Shown: piece after piece, positions 10,388 to 20,697 of the stretch
How positions within the stretch are numbered: position 1 is the stretch's first letter
How the letters are laid out: each line of letters starts with the position of its first letter
DNA from: an uncultured Rothia sp.
Lineage (GTDB): Bacteria > Actinomycetota > Actinomycetes > Actinomycetales > Micrococcaceae
Direction of reading: 5' to 3'
Assembly (NCBI RefSeq): GCF_916049665.1
Contig: NZ_CAJZIE010000001.1
Coordinates: 1,223-65,222, forward strand
DNA length: 64,000 bases
Notes under the pieces: model-generated
Told to the model about the DNA's origin: nothing
Seen by the model: only the letters and a program-made list of their open reading frames with translations
Databases searched by the model: none
Program-made: the position numbers and the translations under genes

Positions 10388-10671
10388 CATTTCTGGAGGG
10401 GGCTTTGGGTGCTTTTGTGTACCTATGTGGGGGAGTGATGGTATAGCTATCCGGCAAAATCCGAAAAATTCGCGCAAAAACAGGGTATTCATAGTATGAA
10501 TATTCAAAAAATACGATAAATATTAAGAAATATTGTGAAAATGCTTGGTTTTCGCTCTCGAGGTGCGCTACAGTGAAGTCATACAAAGTTATGCAGTGCT
10601 CTGCATAAATAATCATTACTTCGGGAATACGGGGTACACCCGCCCGCACAAGACAGAAGGAAACCACTCCC

Positions 10672-12402
10672 ATGACCGCCAACACCGCATACACCGCGAG
10701 TAGCCACGAAGCGACCAAGAACAGCTTCAGCCGCCGCGCGCTCATTGGCGGCACCGCGGCTCTGGGAGCTGTAGGTCTGCTCAGCGCCTGCGGCAACGGC
10801 AGCGCAAGCTCTGAAAAGACCAAGGCCGCCGGCGCCGGTGCCAATATCGAAGACCTCTACAACATCAACGCTCAGGACGTGAACAGCCTGAAGAAGGGCG
10901 GCACTCTGCGCCTGCCCGCCGGATCCATCGGCCCGAACTTTAACTTCTACACCCAGAGCGGTAACACCAGCGATAACGTCAACGTTATGAGCACCATCAG
11001 CCAGGCTGGCATGTGGAACCTCGACTTTGACGGTACCTACAAGCTGAACACCGACTTCGCTGTCTCCTTCGAGCACAGCAAGAAGGATGACAAGATTCAG
11101 GTTGCCGTCAAGCTCAACCCCAAGGCTGTCTTCAATGATGGCACCCCCATCACCTACAAGGCGCTCCAGTCCACCTGGAACATCTTCAAGAGCCTGGATA
11201 ACGGCTACAACATTGTCACCAGCGGCATCTACGAATTCGTCGAATCCGTAGAAAAGGGCGAAGACGACTACAGTGCAATCGTCACCTTCTCCAAGCCCTT
11301 CTACCCGCTGCAGAGCCTCTTCTCTGAGATTCTGCACCCCGCACTGGAAGACGTCGAGCTCTTCAACAACGGCTTCGTGGATGCGCCCCACCCCGAGTAC
11401 TGGGCCGGCCCCTTCACCCTGGCGGATAAGGGCTGGGACTCCACCGCGAAGACCTTCAGTGTTGTACCCAACGATAAGTGGTGGGGCACCAAGCCCCTGC
11501 TGGACAAGATTGTCTTTACCCAGATGGAGTCCAGCGCTGCACGTGCCGCGTTCAAGAATGATGAAATTGACGCTATCGGTGCAAGCACCTCCTCCACCTA
11601 TGCCGAGGTGAAGAACATTGCGGGTACCGAACTGCGTAAGGGTACCCGCCTCTACGCCGGTGGCCTGGATATTAATCCCCGTCGCGTCAAGGATGCTGCC
11701 CTGCGTAAGGCAATCTTCGTCGGCACCAACCGTGAAGCACTGGCAAAGATTCAGTTCCAGGGTCTGCCCTATGAGGAGGCTATTCCCGGTTCGATGATTC
11801 ACATGCCCTTCTCGCCCTACTACCAGGATTCTTACCCGACCCCGAATAACAGCGTTTCGGAGGCGCAGAAGATTCTGGAGGCCGCCGGCTACACCAAGAA
11901 CGGCGACTACTACGAGAAGGACGGCACGAAGGCTGGCTGCGCAGTGGTGGTCTTCGGTGACGATCCGACCAACAAGGGTAAGGCTCAGACCTTCACTCAG
12001 CAGATGAAGGATGTCGGTATCGAGATCCGGATTGATCAGCACGCCGATAGCGAGTTCGCCACCATTCTGGGCAACTGGGACTACGATATTTCCTTCAGCG
12101 GCTACTCGGTCTCTGCTGACGCGACCGAGAGTACCAAGCAGTTCTACTACTCCGAGAACAACGAAGGTATCGGCAGCAAGGAAATCGATGCCCTCATCGA
12201 CGCCATGACCCTCATTGAGGATGACAAGGAACGTAACCTCGCCTGCAACGAGATTGAGAAGAAGCACATGGCGGAGTTCGCCTTCCTGGGCACCATTACG
12301 AACGGTCCTGACTTTGTGATGGTCAAGAAGACTCTGGCTAACTACGGTCCGCGCCTGTACAAGTCGATGGACTGGGCTGCTGTGGGCTGGATGAACTCCT
12401 AA
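10672..12402 (+). CDS. ABC transporter substrate-binding lipoprotein, family 5, paralog 2
   Basis: RBS 'gaaggaaa'. Signal 'SRRALIGGTAALGAVGLLSACG'. Shares 'KAVFNDGTPI', 'PNDKWWG' and 'GYTKNGDYYEKDGT' motifs with its neighbours. Confidence 0.85.
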   Translation: MTANTAYTASSHEATKNSFSRRALIGGTAALGAVGLLSACGNGSASSEKTKAAGAGANIEDLYNINAQDVNSLKKGGTLRLPAGSIGPNFNFYTQSGNTSDNVNVMSTISQAGMWNLDFDGTYKLNTDFAVSFEHSKKDDKIQVAVKLNPKAVFNDGTPITYKALQSTWNIFKSLDNGYNIVTSGIYEFVESVEKGEDDYSAIVTFSKPFYPLQSLFSEILHPALEDVELFNNGFVDAPHPEYWAGPFTLADKGWDSTAKTFSVVPNDKWWGTKPLLDKIVFTQMESSAARAAFKNDEIDAIGASTSSTYAEVKNIAGTELRKGTRLYAGGLDINPRRVKDAALRKAIFVGTNREALAKIQFQGLPYEEAIPGSMIHMPFSPYYQDSYPTPNNSVSEAQKILEAAGYTKNGDYYEKDGTKAGCAVVVFGDDPTNKGKAQTFTQQMKDVGIEIRIDQHADSEFATILGNWDYDISFSGYSVSADATESTKQFYYSENNEGIGSKEIDALIDAMTLIEDDKERNLACNEIEKKHMAEFAFLGTITNGPDFVMVKKTLANYGPRLYKSMDWAAVGWMNS

Positions 12403-12810
12403 AAGGTGCCTGTCTTGCGAGCGGGTCGAATGCGTATATGCGCGTTCGGCCCGCTTTGCTGTGCCCGTTGGCTATTTCTGGAGGTGGGGGAGGGGTGTTG
12501 CGCGAAGGATAGTGGGGTTGTGTCGATATGGATTTAGGCCCGCTGCATTAGGGTCGGGCGTAATAATTGAGAAATATTTATCGTGTTGCGCACCTGTAGT
12601 GATTTATGTGGTGTACACTACTAAAAATATTAAATGTGGCTTAGAACATAGCTTTAGGTCACATTATTTTGCATGGCTTGACCTGCCCGCCCATCACCGC
12701 AGATAGCAGGCGCTCCTGCAGACGGAAACCCCGCCTCCAGAGCACGCAAGCCACCCACTCTACACTGCAAACACTGCATCAGCGCAGTCCACACCCACAA
12801 GGAGCCCATC

Positions 12811-14511
12811 ATGAGCCCCCACCCCATCCCCTCCCTCTCCGGATTCAACCCGATCATGAGCCGCCGCGTACTGTTCGGCGGCGCAACCGCCGTCGCTGCT
12901 GCCGGCGTACTGAGCGCTTGTGGCTCCTCGTCCTCCAAGACCGAGCACAAGGCAAGCGAAACCCCGTTCTATGAAATCAACGAGCAGGATGCCTCGAAGC
13001 TCAAGCAGGGCGGTACCCTGAACCTGAGCACTTACTCCCTTGGTCCGGACTTCAACCGCTTCTCCCAGAACGGCTCGAGCACCTCCGTCTCCGAAACCAT
13101 GGGCGTTATCGCCGGTGCCGGCATCTGGCGCAGCACCTTCAAGGGCGAAGATGAGCTCGACCCCAACTACTGCCTCGGCTTCGAAGCTAAGGAAGTAGAC
13201 GGCAAGATCACCGCAGAGGTTCGTCTGAACCCCAAGGCAGTCTTCAACGACGGCACCCCCATCGACATCGATGCACTCAAGGCAACCTGGCAGATCCAGC
13301 GTGACCCCGACGGTGAATACAAGATTGCCGCAGCAGGTATCTACGAGTACATCGAAAGCGTTGAAGCTATCGATGGCGACCGCTACCACGCACGCGTTGT
13401 TTTCAAGACTGCGCACAACCCCGTCAAGGGTCTGCTCTTCGGCGGAATCCTGCACCCGGCGATGCTCGACGTAAACCTCTTCAATGAAGGCTTCGTGGAC
13501 AACCCCCACCCCGAGCTCGGTTGCGGCCCCTTCACCCTGGCACCCAACGGCTGGAACTCCTCCGAGAAGACCTTCACTGCTGTGCCCAACGACAAGTGGT
13601 GGGGTGAGAAGCCCAAGCTGGACCGCATCGTCGTGCGTGAAATGGCAGACGCTGCAGCTCGCGCCGCCTACAAGAACGGCGAGCTGGACGTCGTGGAATC
13701 ACGTACCCTCAGCGCCTACAACGAGATGAAGGACGTTGCAAACTCTGAAATCCGCCGCGGTCGCCGCCTCTTCGCCGGTGGTATGAACCTGAACGCACAG
13801 CACATCACCGATGTTGCCGTGCGTAAGGCAATCTTCCTGGGTATCGATCGCGGTGCTCTGGCAAAGATTCGCTTCCAGGGTCTGCCCTACGAAGAAGAAG
13901 TTCCCGGCTCGATGCTTCTGTTGGGTTCCTCCCAGTACTACCGCGACAACTACCCGGCACGTAACCCGGAGGAAGCACGCAAGGTCCTGGAGAAGGCAGG
14001 CTACACCAAGTCCGGCGACTTCTACGCGAAGGACGGCAAGACCATCACCTTGAAGCTGACCACCTTCGGTGATGACGCCACCACCAAGGGCCAGGCACAG
14101 ACCTTCATCCAGAGCATGAAGGAAATCGGCATTAACTTCGAGCTCGATTCGCGTGCACAGTCTGAATTCTCGAAGGTTGTTGGTAACCGCGAGTACGACG
14201 TAAGCATTTCGGGCTTCGGCGTGACCTCCGAGCCGACCAGTGCAGCCGAGTACTTCTACCACTCCAAGAACTGGAACGGCGTCGGCACCCCCGAAATCGA
14301 CGCTATGGTCGACGAGATGGTCACCATCCTCGATGACGCTAAGCGCGCCGAGAAGTGCAACGAAATTGAGAAGAAGCACATGAGCGAGGTTTGCCTCTTC
14401 ATCCCCTTCCTCAATGGCCCGGACTTCAAGGCATGCCGCCCGAAGCTCGCTAACTACGGTGCGTTCCTCTTCAAGACCACCGACTGGTCTACCGTCGGCT
14501 GGATGGCATAA
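12811..14511 (+). CDS. ABC transporter substrate-binding lipoprotein, family 5, paralog 3
   Basis: Strong SD 'aaggag' 6 nt before the ATG at 12811. Lipobox 'MSRRVLFGGATAVAAAGVLSACG' begins 15 codons in. Same conserved motifs as the other paralogs. Confidence 0.85.
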   Translation: MSPHPIPSLSGFNPIMSRRVLFGGATAVAAAGVLSACGSSSSKTEHKASETPFYEINEQDASKLKQGGTLNLSTYSLGPDFNRFSQNGSSTSVSETMGVIAGAGIWRSTFKGEDELDPNYCLGFEAKEVDGKITAEVRLNPKAVFNDGTPIDIDALKATWQIQRDPDGEYKIAAAGIYEYIESVEAIDGDRYHARVVFKTAHNPVKGLLFGGILHPAMLDVNLFNEGFVDNPHPELGCGPFTLAPNGWNSSEKTFTAVPNDKWWGEKPKLDRIVVREMADAAARAAYKNGELDVVESRTLSAYNEMKDVANSEIRRGRRLFAGGMNLNAQHITDVAVRKAIFLGIDRGALAKIRFQGLPYEEEVPGSMLLLGSSQYYRDNYPARNPEEARKVLEKAGYTKSGDFYAKDGKTITLKLTTFGDDATTKGQAQTFIQSMKEIGINFELDSRAQSEFSKVVGNREYDVSISGFGVTSEPTSAAEYFYHSKNWNGVGTPEIDAMVDEMVTILDDAKRAEKCNEIEKKHMSEVCLFIPFLNGPDFKACRPKLANYGAFLFKTTDWSTVGWMA

Positions 14512-14523
14512 GCCGCAGTTTTA

Positions 14524-14580
14524 AGCTCCCTGCCCCCTATACGTTTTCGCAGTGTCGTATAGGGGTGGGGAGCTTTTTCT
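14524..14580 (+). terminator. rho-independent terminator after SBP paralog 3
   Basis: Hairpin 'agctccctgccccctatacg...cgtataggggtggggagct' followed by TTTTT. Confidence 0.65.
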
Positions 14581-14840
14581 TGTGGAGGGTTCAGTGCGCT
14601 TTAGTTGCCCCGACGCTGTGCTTGTAACTTGTAACGACTCTCAAAGTACCGGGTGTGACGCGCTCGCGCGCCAATGCTACATAATATTTCATTTTTTAGT
14701 TTTCGCACGCGGCTTCCGCATGATGATGCGGTTTCAGGCGCTGAACCCGTGATTTTTAGACGGTGTATAGTTCTTCCACGGATTGGACTGTGGTCTGCGT
14801 CGCTTCTTTTGGGGGTATACTGTGTTTCAACCACAAACAA

Positions 14841-14856
14841 TGTGGGGGCTCTCACA
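14841..14856. promoter_or_regulatory. CRP/GlxR-like palindrome TGTGG-N6-TCACA upstream of SBP paralog 4
   Basis: 'TGTGGgggctcTCACA' matches the Crp family consensus TGTGA-N6-TCACA. It lies ~100 bp upstream of the start codon. Confidence 0.4.
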
Positions 14857-14954
14857 AAGGTGATGGGCGGGAGCTTCGGCGCTCCCGAAAAATCAGCGCA
14901 CAACACGGTGCGCTTATCGAATAGCACCCGAGCCCTCCGGCATGAGGAGAATAC

Positions 14955-16664
14955 ATGACTCATCTACGTATTAATCGCCGTACCCTGCTGACCGGCACCG
15001 TTGCCCTGGGTACCGTCGGCCTGCTCGCTGCATGCGGCGGCGGCTCTGACAAGAAGATCAGCGGTAAGGCTGCATCAAGCACCGAGGAAATCGTCAAGAA
15101 CCTCGAAATCAACAAGCAGGACCGCTCCTCCCTCAAGCAGGGTGGCGAGTTCCGCGGTAGCGTCTCCGCAGTCGGCCCGAACTTCAACATTCTGACTCAG
15201 AGCGGCTACACCACCGAGAACCTCACCGCATTCGGTGGCGCCTGCAACATCCCCTCCGCTATCGGCTTCACCTCCCTAAGCCCTGCTGGCGAATACAGCC
15301 TCAACGACGACTATGTCAGCGACTACAAGGCAGAGACCGTTGGCGGCGTGCAGACCATCACCTTCAAGCTCAACTCTAAGGCTGTCTTCAATGACGGCAC
15401 CCCCGTTGACGTTGAGGCAATCCGCGCCGCGTGGACCGTCTACCGCAACCCTGATGACGGCTACAACGTTATCGCCGCTCCCTTCTGGCAGCAGGTAGCA
15501 TCCATCGACCCCGTGGATGGCGACAAGACCCGCGTCAAGATCGTCATGTCCAAGCCCCTGTACCCCGCTGAGACCCTCGGCCTGCTCGGTCTGCACCCCG
15601 CACTGACCGACAAGGAGCTCTTCAATAACGGCTTCGTGAACAAACCCATGGATCAGTACTGGTCCGGCCCCTTCAAGATTGGCGAGTGGAACTCTTCGGC
15701 TAAGACCCTCACCCTCGTGCCCAACGACAAGTGGTGGGGCGAGAAGCCTCTGCTGGATCGCATCATCTGGCGCGAAATGGGCGACGAAGCAGAGCGCGCA
15801 GCGTTCAAGAACGGCGAGCTGGACAGCATCGGCTTTGCTGGCCTGGCAACCTACAACGCCGTCAAGGGTCAGCCCGGTGTTCAGATTCGCTCCGGCCAGA
15901 GCGTTGGCGTGATCAACCTGCAGTTCAACCCGACCCGCGTGACCGACACCGCCCTGCGCCGTGCAGTCTTCGCCGCGGTTGACCGCTCCCAGCTGGCTAA
16001 GGTCAAGTTCGGCCAGATCAACTGGGAAGAGCCGCTGACCGGCTCCATGATCGCTATGCCCTTCCAGAAGGGCTACCAGAACAACATGCCGTCCAACCCC
16101 GGCGCCGAGGCTGCGGCAAAGATCCTGGAAGCAGCAGGCTACTCCAAGAATGGCGACTACTACGCCAAGGACGGCAAGACTGCAGGCTTCTCCATCACCT
16201 ACTTCGGTTCGGATGCAACCTCCCTGGCTCAGTTCCAGAACCTCGAGCAGCAGCTCAAGGCAGCAGGTATTAAGCTCGAGCAGGACAACCAGCCGCAGTC
16301 CCAGTTCAACTCCGTGATGGGCTCTAAGCAGTACGACTGCGCCTTCTCCGGCTGGGGTATTGGTGCTGACCCCGCAGACAGTGTTCAGTACTTCTACACC
16401 AGCGAAATCAACGAAGGTGTGGGCGATCCCGAGCTGGATAAGTTCATCGCGTCTATTTACGAGAAGGAATCCCACGAGGAGCAGTTGAAGATGGCTGCTG
16501 AGGCTGAGAAGCAGCACATGGAGAAGGTCGCTATTTACTTCCCCTACGCTAACGGCCCCAGCTACGCAGCTGTGAAGGAGAAGCTGGCTAACTATGGTCC
16601 TTCCCTCTTCGCAACCAGCTACACCGACCCCAAGCGCTGGGTCAATGTGGGTTGGCAGAACTAA
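14955..16664 (+). CDS. ABC transporter substrate-binding lipoprotein, family 5, paralog 4
   Basis: RBS 'gaggag'. Signal 'NRRTLLTGTVALGTVGLLAACGGG' is near-identical to those of paralogs 5 and 6. Confidence 0.85.
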   Translation: MTHLRINRRTLLTGTVALGTVGLLAACGGGSDKKISGKAASSTEEIVKNLEINKQDRSSLKQGGEFRGSVSAVGPNFNILTQSGYTTENLTAFGGACNIPSAIGFTSLSPAGEYSLNDDYVSDYKAETVGGVQTITFKLNSKAVFNDGTPVDVEAIRAAWTVYRNPDDGYNVIAAPFWQQVASIDPVDGDKTRVKIVMSKPLYPAETLGLLGLHPALTDKELFNNGFVNKPMDQYWSGPFKIGEWNSSAKTLTLVPNDKWWGEKPLLDRIIWREMGDEAERAAFKNGELDSIGFAGLATYNAVKGQPGVQIRSGQSVGVINLQFNPTRVTDTALRRAVFAAVDRSQLAKVKFGQINWEEPLTGSMIAMPFQKGYQNNMPSNPGAEAAAKILEAAGYSKNGDYYAKDGKTAGFSITYFGSDATSLAQFQNLEQQLKAAGIKLEQDNQPQSQFNSVMGSKQYDCAFSGWGIGADPADSVQYFYTSEINEGVGDPELDKFIASIYEKESHEEQLKMAAEAEKQHMEKVAIYFPYANGPSYAAVKEKLANYGPSLFATSYTDPKRWVNVGWQN

Positions 16665-16914
16665 AGCCACAGGTTAATTTTCTGGATTCCTATTCGGTAG
16701 TTTCTGAATTTTCGGAGGCGCCGGTTCAGGTCTCCAGAAGGGTAAAGTCCCGCGGTATTCCGCCTCAGTGGCGGGGTACTGCGGGGCTTTTCTGTGTTTT
16801 TGATGGGGGGTTTGTGGTGGGGTGGTTTCGGGGATTGGCTGAAATATTTTCCCTAAAACGGTGAACTAGGTCATAGTGCGTGGGAAATGTGTGTATACTA
16901 ATCTCAATGCAAAA

Positions 16915-16930
16915 TGTGCGTGCTGTCACA
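16915..16930. promoter_or_regulatory. CRP/GlxR-like palindrome TGTGC-N6-TCACA upstream of SBP paralog 5
   Basis: 'TGTGCgtgctgTCACA' lies ~65 bp upstream of the start, followed by the same 'TCACAAAGGTG' string seen at paralog 4. Confidence 0.4.
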
Positions 16931-16995
16931 AAGGTGTGCGGGTTGTGTTCCCCCGCGTACAGCAAAGCAGCATCCCACCTAACTGAGGAAAACTA

Positions 16996-18702
16996 ATGAC
17001 CACTTTCACCCTCAACCGTCGTACCCTGCTCACCGGCACCGTTGCCCTGGGTACCGTCGGCCTGCTCGCAGCCTGCGGCGGCAACTCCTCCAAGAACGAA
17101 ACCAGCGCTCTCTCCGCCGGCGACGACCTCTCCAAGGCAGTCTCCTACAACGAGAAGGACCGCTCCGCCCTCAAGGACGGCGGCGAGCTGCGACTGAGCG
17201 CAGACGGCATTGGCCCGAACTTCAACATCCTCAACACCAACGGCTACACCGCCGGTAACCTGAATATTCAGGCGGCTATCAACTCTGCCTTCACCGGCGG
17301 CTTCTACGCTGACTTCCGCGGCGAGTCGCACATGAACAAGGACTACGTCACCGAATACAAGGCGCAGACCGTTGACGGCGTGCAGACCGTGACCTTCAAG
17401 ATCAACCCCAAGGCAGCCTTCAACGACGGTACCCCCATCGACGTGAACGCCGTCAAGAGCTACCAGACCATCTACACCGCCGCGGCATCCGGTTCGGACT
17501 ACCAGATCACCCCCTCGCCCATCTGGGAACAGGTCGCAAGCGTCGAGGCTGTGGACGGCGATACCCGCCACGTGAAGGTCACCATGTCCAAGCCCTGGTA
17601 CCCCATCGAAGGCAGCTTCACCTCGTTCCTGCACCCGGCATTCGCCGACCCCAAGTTCTTCAACGACGGCCTGAACGACAAGCCCCTCGACCAGTACTGG
17701 GCAGGTCCCTTCAAGGTCGGCGAGTGGAACTCCTCCTCCAAGGTGCTCACCGTCGTCCGCAACGAGAAGTGGTGGGGCACCAAGCCCGCTCTTGAGCGCA
17801 TCACCTGGCGTGAAATGAGCTCCCAGGCAGAGCAGGCAGCTTACAAGAACGGCGAAATCGACTACGTGGATGCCAGCACCCTCAGCTCCTACAACGAGCT
17901 CTCCGGCGTGGCAAACACCGACATTCGCAAGGGTAGCGCTCTCAGCGTGGGCAACTACGAAATCAACCCCGAAAAGGTGCCCCTGCCCGTCCGCCGCGCA
18001 TTCGTTGCAGCCCTCAACCGTGAGCAGCTGCAGAAGCTGCGCTACGAGAAGCTCGGCTGGAAGGAAACCCTGCCCGGCTCCATGTGCATGCTGCCCATGC
18101 AGGAAGGCTACCAGGACAACTACCCGACCAAGCTCGGCAAGGACGTCGCTACCAAGATCCTTGAGGACGCAGGCTACACCAAGTCCGGTGACTACTACAC
18201 CAAGGACGGCGCTAAGGTCTCCTACCCGGTCATCACCTTCGGTAGCGACCCGGTTGTCAGCTCCACCGCGCAGTTCCTCGTCCAGCAGATGAAGGAAATC
18301 GGCGTTGAACTGACCATCGAGAACCACGGTGCCTCTGAAATGTCGAGCATCATCTCCTCGAAGAACTTCGCGATTAAGACCGGTGGCTACGGCATCACCA
18401 CCTCCCCGGTGGATGCGGCGAACTACTTCTACATCTCCGAGACCAACAACGGTCACGGTAAGGATCTGGACTCGCTGGCAGCAACCATGATGTCCACCGA
18501 GGACCCGAAGGAACAGCTCAAGATCATGAACGAGCTGGAGAAGCGCCACCTGGACGAGGTCGCCATCTACGTGCCCACCCACAACGGCCCGAACTTCAAG
18601 GCGTGCCGTAAGGGCCTGGCGAACTACGGCCCCATGCTCTTCGGCCTGCCCTACTACAACCCGAACGTATGGATCAACGTCGGTTGGGAGAAGCAAAACT
18701 AA
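16996..18702 (+). CDS. ABC transporter substrate-binding lipoprotein, family 5, paralog 5
   Basis: RBS 'gaggaaa'. Signal 'NRRTLLTGTVALGTVGLLAACGGN'. Confidence 0.85.
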   Translation: MTTFTLNRRTLLTGTVALGTVGLLAACGGNSSKNETSALSAGDDLSKAVSYNEKDRSALKDGGELRLSADGIGPNFNILNTNGYTAGNLNIQAAINSAFTGGFYADFRGESHMNKDYVTEYKAQTVDGVQTVTFKINPKAAFNDGTPIDVNAVKSYQTIYTAAASGSDYQITPSPIWEQVASVEAVDGDTRHVKVTMSKPWYPIEGSFTSFLHPAFADPKFFNDGLNDKPLDQYWAGPFKVGEWNSSSKVLTVVRNEKWWGTKPALERITWREMSSQAEQAAYKNGEIDYVDASTLSSYNELSGVANTDIRKGSALSVGNYEINPEKVPLPVRRAFVAALNREQLQKLRYEKLGWKETLPGSMCMLPMQEGYQDNYPTKLGKDVATKILEDAGYTKSGDYYTKDGAKVSYPVITFGSDPVVSSTAQFLVQQMKEIGVELTIENHGASEMSSIISSKNFAIKTGGYGITTSPVDAANYFYISETNNGHGKDLDSLAATMMSTEDPKEQLKIMNELEKRHLDEVAIYVPTHNGPNFKACRKGLANYGPMLFGLPYYNPNVWINVGWEKQN

Positions 18703-18951
18703 GCGTTGAGCACCGCTCACACACTCCATAAGGGGTAAAAGCGCTACAGCGGCGTGTTACAAAAGGATTAAAACCTTCTGTAGCACGCCGCTTTCCCGTT
18801 CCTAAGAGAGTCGCACGGATATACTTAAAACAAATGTGGGCATTCTGCCCGCAACCCCGGCAGAGACTGTCCTCCCGCCGGGTTGGAGTGTGGGTTACGC
18901 ACCGTTCGCGTACCGCCTCCACAACACTGCGAATACTCTAGGAGAAATTCC

Positions 18952-20655
18952 ATGAAGAGCATGTCTGTCTCTCGCCGTACCCTCCTGACCGGCACCGTTG
19001 CCCTCGGCACCGTTGGTCTACTGGCTGCCTGCGGCAGCTCGAAGGAAAAGGTTGGCGGTAGCGCCGCTAACAACGCTGAAGATATTCTGAAGAACCTTCA
19101 GGTCAACAAGCAGGACCGTTCCTCCCTCAAGCAGGGTGGCACCCTGACCCTCGCGGCTACCGCCCTGGGCCCCAACTTCAACCTGCAGACCCAGAGCGGC
19201 TACACCTCCAGCAACCTGGACGCTCTGGCACCCTGCAACATTCCCGCCGTGATGGGCTTCTACACCATGAGCCCCGAAGGCGAAGGTACCCTCAACCCCG
19301 AGTTCTGCACCGAGCACAAGACCGAGACCGTCGATGGCGTGCAGACCGCGACCTTCAAGATCAACCCCAAGGCTGCCTTCAACGACGGCACCCCCATGGA
19401 CGTGAACGCTGTTCGCGCCGTGTGGAAGGTCTACCGCGCAACCACCGACAACCCCTACCACATCACCGACAACACCATGTGGCAGCAGGTTGAGAGCATC
19501 GAGGCTGTGGACGGCGACAACTTCCACGTCAAGGTCACCATGAAGGCTCCGTACTACCCCTCCGAGGGTCTGTGCGCCTTCGCAATCCACCCCGCCCTGG
19601 AAGACGTCAACCTCTTCAACGAAGGCTTCGTTGACAAGCCCCTCGACCAGTACTGGGCAGGTCCCTTCAAGGTTGGCGAGTGGAACTCCTCCCAGAAGGT
19701 GCTCACCCTGGTCAAGAACGACAAGTGGTGGGGCGAGAAGCCGGTGCTGGACCGCATCATCTGGCGTCAGATGGACTCCGAAGCAATCCGTGCAAGCTTC
19801 AAGAACGGCGAACTGGACGCCTTCACCTTCGTTGGCGCAACCAGCTACAACGCTGTGAAGGGCCAGGCAGGCACCGAGATTCGCCAGAGCCAGAACACCA
19901 ACGTCAACATCATTCAGCTGAACCCCAAGCGCATCGAGGACCTGGCACTGCGCCGCGCAATCCTCGCTTCTGTGGACCGCGAGCAGATTGCTAAGGCATA
20001 CTTCTCGCAGCTCGGCTGGACCGAGCCGCTGCCCGGCTCCATCATCGCAATGCCGTTCCAGAAGGGCTACCAGAACAACTACGCTGGTGACACCGGTGCA
20101 CAGGCAGCTGGCAAGATTCTGGAGGCAGCAGGCTACTCCAAGTCCGGCGACTACTACGCTAAGGACGGCAAGGTTGCTGGCTTCGCCCTGACCTCCTTCG
20201 GTTCCGAGGCTGTCTACCAGGCGGTCTACCAGATTCTGGAGCAGCAGCTGAAGTCCGCAGGTATCCGCCTGAGCGCTGACAACCAGCCGCAGTCGAACTC
20301 CAACTCCGTGCTCGGCCAGAAGAGCTACGAAGCAATCTTCACCGGTTGGGGCGTTCTGCCCGACCTGGCTTCCTCGGCACCCTACTTCTTCACCACCGAG
20401 GTGTTCGGAGTCGGTGACCCCGAAGTTGATAAGCTCATCGAGAAGCTGCAGAACACCGAGAAGGAAGACGAGCGCATCAAGATCGCTAACGAGGCGGAGA
20501 AGCTCTACTACGAGAAGGTCGCAGTGTACCTGCCCTACGCAAACGGCCCGATGTACGCCGCTGTCAAGGCTAAGGTTGCGAACTACGGTCCGTCCCTGTT
20601 CAAGCAGAGCTACACCAGCGCTGACTACTGGGTCAACGTTGGCTGGCAGGAGTAG
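18952..20655 (+). CDS. ABC transporter substrate-binding lipoprotein, family 5, paralog 6 (track ORF starts at 18883; the RBS-supported start is 18952)
   Basis: RBS 'aggaga' precedes the ATG at 18952. Signal 'MKSMSVSRRTLLTGTVALGTVGLLAACGSS'. Confidence 0.85.
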   Translation: MKSMSVSRRTLLTGTVALGTVGLLAACGSSKEKVGGSAANNAEDILKNLQVNKQDRSSLKQGGTLTLAATALGPNFNLQTQSGYTSSNLDALAPCNIPAVMGFYTMSPEGEGTLNPEFCTEHKTETVDGVQTATFKINPKAAFNDGTPMDVNAVRAVWKVYRATTDNPYHITDNTMWQQVESIEAVDGDNFHVKVTMKAPYYPSEGLCAFAIHPALEDVNLFNEGFVDKPLDQYWAGPFKVGEWNSSQKVLTLVKNDKWWGEKPVLDRIIWRQMDSEAIRASFKNGELDAFTFVGATSYNAVKGQAGTEIRQSQNTNVNIIQLNPKRIEDLALRRAILASVDREQIAKAYFSQLGWTEPLPGSIIAMPFQKGYQNNYAGDTGAQAAGKILEAAGYSKSGDYYAKDGKVAGFALTSFGSEAVYQAVYQILEQQLKSAGIRLSADNQPQSNSNSVLGQKSYEAIFTGWGVLPDLASSAPYFFTTEVFGVGDPEVDKLIEKLQNTEKEDERIKIANEAEKLYYEKVAVYLPYANGPMYAAVKAKVANYGPSLFKQSYTSADYWVNVGWQE

Positions 20656-20697
20656 TACCGCTTACGGTAACGCTCTAGCCGTCCTGTAGGACTCGAA

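Noticed and set aside
10344-10844. 166-aa minus-strand ORF spanning the SBP1-SBP2 intergenic region and the SBP2 start.
   Set aside because: Low-complexity Ala/Pro-rich translation that overlaps a well-supported gene start on the other strand and lies partly in AT-rich non-coding leader.
18883-18951. N-terminal extension of SBP paralog 6 in the ORF track (MECGLRTVRVPPPQHCEYSRRNS...).
   Set aside because: An in-frame upstream start without an RBS. The ATG at 18952 has a good SD (aggaga) and begins a canonical Tat/lipoprotein signal like those of paralogs 4 and 5.
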